In this document: in pieces, positions 58,563 to 64,000 of the stretch | Position numbering within the stretch: the first letter of the stretch is position 1 | Layout of the letters: the number at the start of each line of letters is the position of its first letter | Origin: an uncultured Alphaproteobacteria bacterium | GTDB lineage: Bacteria; Pseudomonadota; Alphaproteobacteria; Rhizobiales; Xanthobacteraceae | Direction of reading: 5' to 3' | Assembly: GCA_963738765.1 (NCBI GenBank) | Contig: CAVTYA010000041.1 | Location: 88,099 to 152,098 of the forward strand | Length of the DNA stretch: 64,000 nucleotides | Translations under genes and position numbers: made by a program | Notes under the pieces: model-generated | The model's database searches: none | What the model was told of the DNA's origin: nothing | Seen by the model: the letters and a program-made list of their open reading frames with translations, nothing else

Positions 58563-61416
58563 TCAGCTATCCCGGTAAATCTCGGAGGCCACCGGCTGCG
58601 AGGGGCTTACGACCGTCGGCATCGCCACCGGGCGGAGGCCGATCAGTTCGGCGGTCCGGACCGCGCTGTTGCGCCAGAAGGCGAAGGAGTTGATCCGGGA
58701 ATTCTCGAGAATGGCGATCGCCACCGCCGACAGGAACGGCAGGCTTTCCAGCACCAGGACGCCGGCGAAAATGTAGATTTCTCGCACCTGCTTGTTGCCG
58801 CTGACCTTGATCAGCGTGGAATCGTTGTTCACGATCAGCACCGCGGCGCCGATCAGCAGCAGCACGCCGATCACCGCCTCCCAGAACGCCTGGAATTCGA
58901 TCGACATCACCGACAGGCCGCCCTTGGAGGTGCGGGCGAACGGCAGATGCTCGGTGATCAGGCCCTGGGCGACCGCGCGCGACACCGTCCATTGCACGCT
59001 CATCGCGGCGATCATGGCGCCCAGCATCTGGCCGGCCTTGATATGGACGCGCAGGCGATAAAGCGCGACGAAATGCACCAGCGAGACGATGAAGGAGGCG
59101 ATGATCGGCAACGTCAGGATCTTGTCGGGGATGGCGATGTCGGCGAAGACGACGATCGGCACCCAGATCAGGTTGAGGATCGCGACCACGACGCCGAGGC
59201 TTTCAGCGCCGAGCCAGTTCAGCCAGCCGAGCGAGAATTCGCGGCGCTGGTCCGGCGTCAGCCGGCTCGCGCCGGGCAGGAATTTTCGCCAGTGCTTTTT
59301 GACGATCTGGAAGCCGCCATAGGCCCAGCGGTGGCGCTGTTTCCGGAAGGCTTCGTAGGTGTCCGGCAACAGCCCGTGGCCATAGCGCTCATTGGTGTAA
59401 TGCGTCAGCCAGCCGTGCTCGATGATGGCAAGGCCTAAATCGGTGTCCTCGCAGATGGTGTCGCCGGCCCAGCCGCCGGCCATGTCCATCGCCGCGCGGC
59501 GCATCAGGCACATGGTGCCGTGGACGATGATGGCGTTGGCCTCGTTGCGCTGGACCATGCCGATGTCGAAGAACCCTGCATATTCCCCGTTCATGATGTA
59601 GTGCATCAACGAACGGTCGCCGTCGCGGTGCTCCTGCGGCGCCTGCACCAGGCCCACTCTTGGATCGGCGAACACGGGCACGAGATCCTTCAGCCAGTCC
59701 GGCCGCACCACGTAATCGGCGTCGATGATGCCGATGATCTCGGCATCGGCCGCGGTGCGGTCCATCGCGATCTTCAGGGCGCCGGCCTTGAAGCCCTTGA
59801 CCTTCTCGGCATTGATGAACTTGAAACGCTCCCCGAGCGTGCGGCAGTGATCCTGGATCGGCCGCCAGAATTCCGGGTCGGGCGTGTTGTTGATGATCAC
59901 CACGCATTCGAAATTCGGATAGTCCAGCCGCGACACCGCATCGAGGGTCTGCTTGAGCATCTCCACCGGCTCGAAATAAGCGGGGATATGGATCGATACC
60001 TTGGGGAAGGCGACGTTCTCGCCCATGGTGGCGGGCGCCACCGTCGCGCCCTTGACGATGAGCCGGCGCGGAGCGCGGCCGAACGCGATAGCGGCGATTT
60101 CCTCGATCCGCGCCATCGCGATCAGCACTAATGGCACCAGCAGGATCAGGCCCAATATCAGCGCAAACGACGAGCCGAGCACGAAATAATGCCCGGCCCA
60201 GTAGGCGAACACGGTCGCGGCCCAGGCGCCGACGCCGTTGGCCGCCGCCGACAGCACCAGCGCCTGCATCACCGTGGGCCGTTCAAGCCGCAGGATCGGC
60301 AGCGACATCAGGACGCCGACGAGCAGGGCGATGATCGCAAGCTTCCAGTAGTTCAGGTTCGACGATCGGCCCGGTCCAGGCGAATTTTGGTTCGCGCGAC
60401 GCGTCCAGCATGCCCCAGTAGGGGCCGACGCCGCCTTCGAAGAATTTCCAGGGCTGATCGATCGCCTCGACGATGTTGTATTCCATGCCGATGGCATCGG
60501 CCCGGGCAACGAAGTTGCGCAGCACCGAGGCCTGCTCGAATGTACCGGGCTCGGCTTTGCCAAGATTATAGCCCGCGCTCGGCCAGCCGAATTCGGCGAT
60601 CATGATCCGCTTGCCCGGGAACTGGTCGCGCAGGAGCTGGTACATCGCAACGGCCTGATCGACGGCCTGCTTGTCGGTGAAATTTTCCCAATAGGGCAGC
60701 ACGTGGGCGGCGATGAAATCGACGGAGTTGGCGAGCTGCGGATGGTCGCGCCAGATGTTCCAGATTTCGCCGGTCGTCACCGGAACGTTGACCGACTTCT
60801 TGACCCGCTGAATCAGCTTGATGAGCCGATGAACGTTGTTTTCCGCAAGCGCCCATCGCAGCGCTTCGGCCTTTTTGTCCTCAGGCTGCGCTTCCGCATC
60901 CCGAAGCCGGTCGCTCTCCTCGCGAAGTATGCGCGCGGCATCAGCGGGCTCGAGCCCGATTTCGGGTATCGGCCCAAGGTTCTCGATCGGAACTTGTTCG
61001 CCGCGGTAGACGGTTTCGTTGCCGACCACGACGCCGATGACGTTGCTGTTGCGCCGCGCGAGATTGATGGCGGCTTCGATCTCGCGGTTGTTGCGGTTGC
61101 TGTCCTTGTCGATCCAGGCGCCGACCGTGACCTTCATGCCGAATTCCGCGGCGATCGGCGGCACCAGTTCGTTGCCTTCTGTCGAAGAGTAGAGGCGGAC
61201 CGCGCGCGTCAGGGTCGAGAGCTTCTTCAGATCGGCGCGAACCTTCTCGGAGTCGGCGATGGCGTCGGCGACGCTGTGACCGGGTTCAAACGGCGCGTAG
61301 GATGCGCTCGGCAAAATGCCCCGGAAATCGGGCGCCGACTGCTTCTCCTGGAACAGACCCCAAAGCGCAGCGTGAGCGGCGGTGACGAACAACAGAACGG
61401 CGACGACGGCGCGCAT
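58563..61416 (-). CDS. ndvB: cyclic beta-(1,3)-glucan synthase, GH17 + GT2 (frameshift ~60360)
   Basis: VVVGNE, HVLPYWE, AEFGWPS GH17 domain; GFKAGAL, IIDADY, VQAPQ, ICEDTDLG, QRHRW GT2 domain. Confidence 0.88.
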
Positions 61417-61619
61417 CGCGAGGAAACCATACGGGGCCTAGATTTGGGGGAAGCGAACCCGTCCCCTAGGTTCGACCGACACGGCGGCATTGGAAGGATA
61501 ATCCTGCCGCACAATTTAACAACTGGTATGACGCCGTGGCGTTTTAAGGGCGCCAAGCCATTCTAACCGCGAAAAAAACCGATCGTTCCTTGCACCGATC
61601 GCCCGAAGGTCGAATGCGG

Positions 61620-62195
61620 CTATTTCGTTGCCGGCGCAGGCGATGCGGAGGGCGCCGGCGCGGGCGAGGCGGCAGGAGCGCGGCGCCGCATTGCCGGCGG
61701 TCGCCGGTGACGGGGCCGCCGCCGCTGCGGCGGCCTGCGGCTGGGCGCCCGGATTGATCCAGCAGGCGTGGATGCGGCCGTCCAGCGGCTGCGGCACCTT
61801 GTCGTCGATCTGGGCGCCGAACCGGGTCAGGCAGCGGAAGGTGGCCTGGACGTGGCCGCCGGGGCAGCCGAACCGGTCGTAGAGGTCGAGGTGACGGAAC
61901 GCGGTATCGAGGTCGTCGTGCCACATCAGGCGAACGACGCGGCGGCCGAGCCAGACGCATTCCGGGTTGCCGGCCGGACCGTTGATGGCCTGCTGTGCCT
62001 CGACGAATTCGTCGGTCTTGCGCTGGTTGTCCTTGGTGACTTCGGCGGACTTGTCGGCCGGCGCCTTGCCGGATTGGTCGGGGCGGGGGTGCCGCTCTGG
62101 GCGAAAGCGCTGCCCGATCCGATCAGGAGGACGAGGCCGGCAAGGGCGAACTGGCGCAAAACCGCACTTTTTGGATCAAGCACCCGTCGACGCAT
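61620..62195 (-). CDS. ndvD: beta-(1,3),(1,6)-glucan biosynthesis protein (frameshifted)
   Basis: signal peptide, GPAGNPECVWLGRR, WHDDLDTAFRHLDLYDRFGC; position between ndvB and ndvC. Confidence 0.75.
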
Positions 62196-62452
62196 ACATT
62201 CCCCGATATGTTTCCTGCCCGAGCGACAAACCTTGGCCGGCCTGTGGCCTCGCTTGATGCCGTCCAAATAGGTCTCCAATGCGGCGGAGACCTTACGCAA
62301 TTCCCATGACCGTTATTTCGGATTTTGTCCAGCAAAGTCACAACTTTATCGCGGCGTGGTAAAACTGCCGCAGGACGAAAGCCGGGATCTGCGACCTATC
62401 CGCTCTTGGCAGACGCGCGCTGACCGGCTAATCGACGGGCCCCGCCCGGAGG

Positions 62453-64000
62453 ATGGAACCGATTTCTCTTCGTACGCCGCTGGCGCTTCTCCTGATATCC
62501 CTATGCTGCGATCGCCGCCGTGTGGTGGTGGCTGGCCACGCCGATCACGCTGGCGCGCGCGCCGATCGATCCCAATGCCAAACTGCAATGCGTGTCCTAC
62601 GCGCCGTTCCGCGGCGCGCAGACGCCACTGGTGCCGACGACGCATATTCGGCCGGAACAGATCGCGCAGGATCTGGCGCAGCTCGCCAAGATCACCGATT
62701 GCGTGCGCACCTATTCGATCGAGAACGGCCTCGATCAGGTTCCCGGACTCGCCGCCAAGGTCGGGCTGAAGGTCATCCAGGGCATCTGGCTTGGCAGCAA
62801 CCGGCTGAAGAACCTGGCGCAGATCTCGACCGCGGTCAGCCTGACCAAGCAATATCCGCGACGTCATCACCGCGCTGGTGGTCGGCAACGAGGTGCTGCT
62901 GCGCGGCGAGATGACCGCCGCCGACCTCGCCGCCAACATCCGCTCGGTCAAGGCGCAGGTCGACGCGTTCCCGTCACCTATGCCGACGTCTGGGAATTCT
63001 GGCTGCGCAACCGCGAAGTCTATGACGCCGTCGATTTCGTCACCATTCACATCCTGCCCTATTGGGAGGACTTTCCGGTCCGGGCGAAATTCGCCGCCAC
63101 CCATGTCGACGCGATCCGCAAGCGGATGGCGGTGGCGTTTCCGGGCAAGGAAATCCTGATCGGCGAGACCGGCTGGCCGAGCGCGGGCCGGATGCGCGAG
63201 GGCGCGCTGCCGTCGCGCACCAATCAGGCGCGGGTGGTCTCGGAGATTCTCGATCTGGCCAAGCGCGAGAACTTTCGCGTCAACCTGATCGAGGCCTATG
63301 ACCAGCCGTGGAAGCGCCAGCTCGAGGGCACCGTCGGCGGCTATTGGGGCCTGTTCGATTCCGTCAAGCGGCGCGCTGAAATATCCGCCGGGCGAGGCCA
63401 TCAGCAACTATCCGCTCTGGAAGCGGCAGATGGGCGGCGGCATGGCGCTCAGCGTGGCTGGTGTTCCTGGCCGCATTGCTGACGTTGCGGCGCCGGCCGT
63501 GGACGCCGCGGCTTGTCGTCCTGGATTGCGGTCGGCATCTCGGCGACGACGGCCGGCATCCTGCTCGGGATCGCCGCCGACAAGATGTTCTACGAGAGCT
63601 ATGGCTTCGGCGGCTGGCTGCAATGGGGCGCGTTGCTCGCGGCGGCGATCGCCTCGCCGTTGCTGTGTGCGCCAACGCCCTGATGTCGGGCCGCTCGCTG
63701 CCGACCTTTCTGGAACTGCTCGGCCCGCGCGATTTCAGGACCGGATCGTTCCTCCCGGCGCTGCTGGCGATCGTGCTCGCCGTCACCACGGTGATCGCGG
63801 CCGAGACCGCGCTCGGCTTTGCGTTCGACCCGCGCTACCGCGATTTTCCGTTCGCGTCGCTGACCATGGCCGTGGTGCCGTTCGCGGGCCTGATGCTGCT
63901 CAATCGCCCGCAGGCCGGCGTGCGGCCGATCGCGGAATCGGTGTTTGCCGGATTGCTGGTCGCGACCGCGCTCTACACCGGCATTCAACGAGGGCAGCCA
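62453..64000 (+). CDS. ndvC: beta-(1,6)-glucan synthase, GH17-like (frameshifted, runs off window)
   Basis: CVSYAPFRG, CVRTYS, VGNEVLLRG, HILPYWED, GETGWPS, FDPRYRDFP. Confidence 0.85.

Overview
High-GC alphaproteobacterial chromosome segment; gene content and intergenic repeats point to Bradyrhizobium or a close relative. The core backbone is uvrA, two Omp25-like porins, ssb, gyrA, kup, coaD, two cyclophilins, queA, asd, tgt, cysK, a UvrD-like helicase, tRNA-Lys(UUU) and the ndvB-ndvD-ndvC cyclic beta-glucan locus, interspersed with small accessory genes, REP-like repeats and one IS630 element that interrupts a membrane-protein gene. Many genes from ~19.6 kb onward carry 1-2 nt frameshifts, including housekeeping genes, which most likely reflects sequencing or assembly indels. 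Main observations: (1) a clean 704-bp inversion (52057-52760) that splits a TAXI-type binding-protein gene and a 3-hydroxybutyryl-CoA dehydrogenase gene, both restored in frame when flipped back; (2) a divergent pair of double-glycine-leader micropeptide genes near the tRNA-Lys 3' end, each with a CRP-like box, one core resembling the N-terminus of contractile tail-tube proteins; (3) a Met/Ile/Thr/Lys-rich leader-peptide attenuator in front of asd; (4) LexA boxes in front of an AAA ATPase and a two-microprotein operon; (5) a 42-aa DnaJ-type zinc-finger microprotein. Family assignments come from motif recognition only; no database searches were run.
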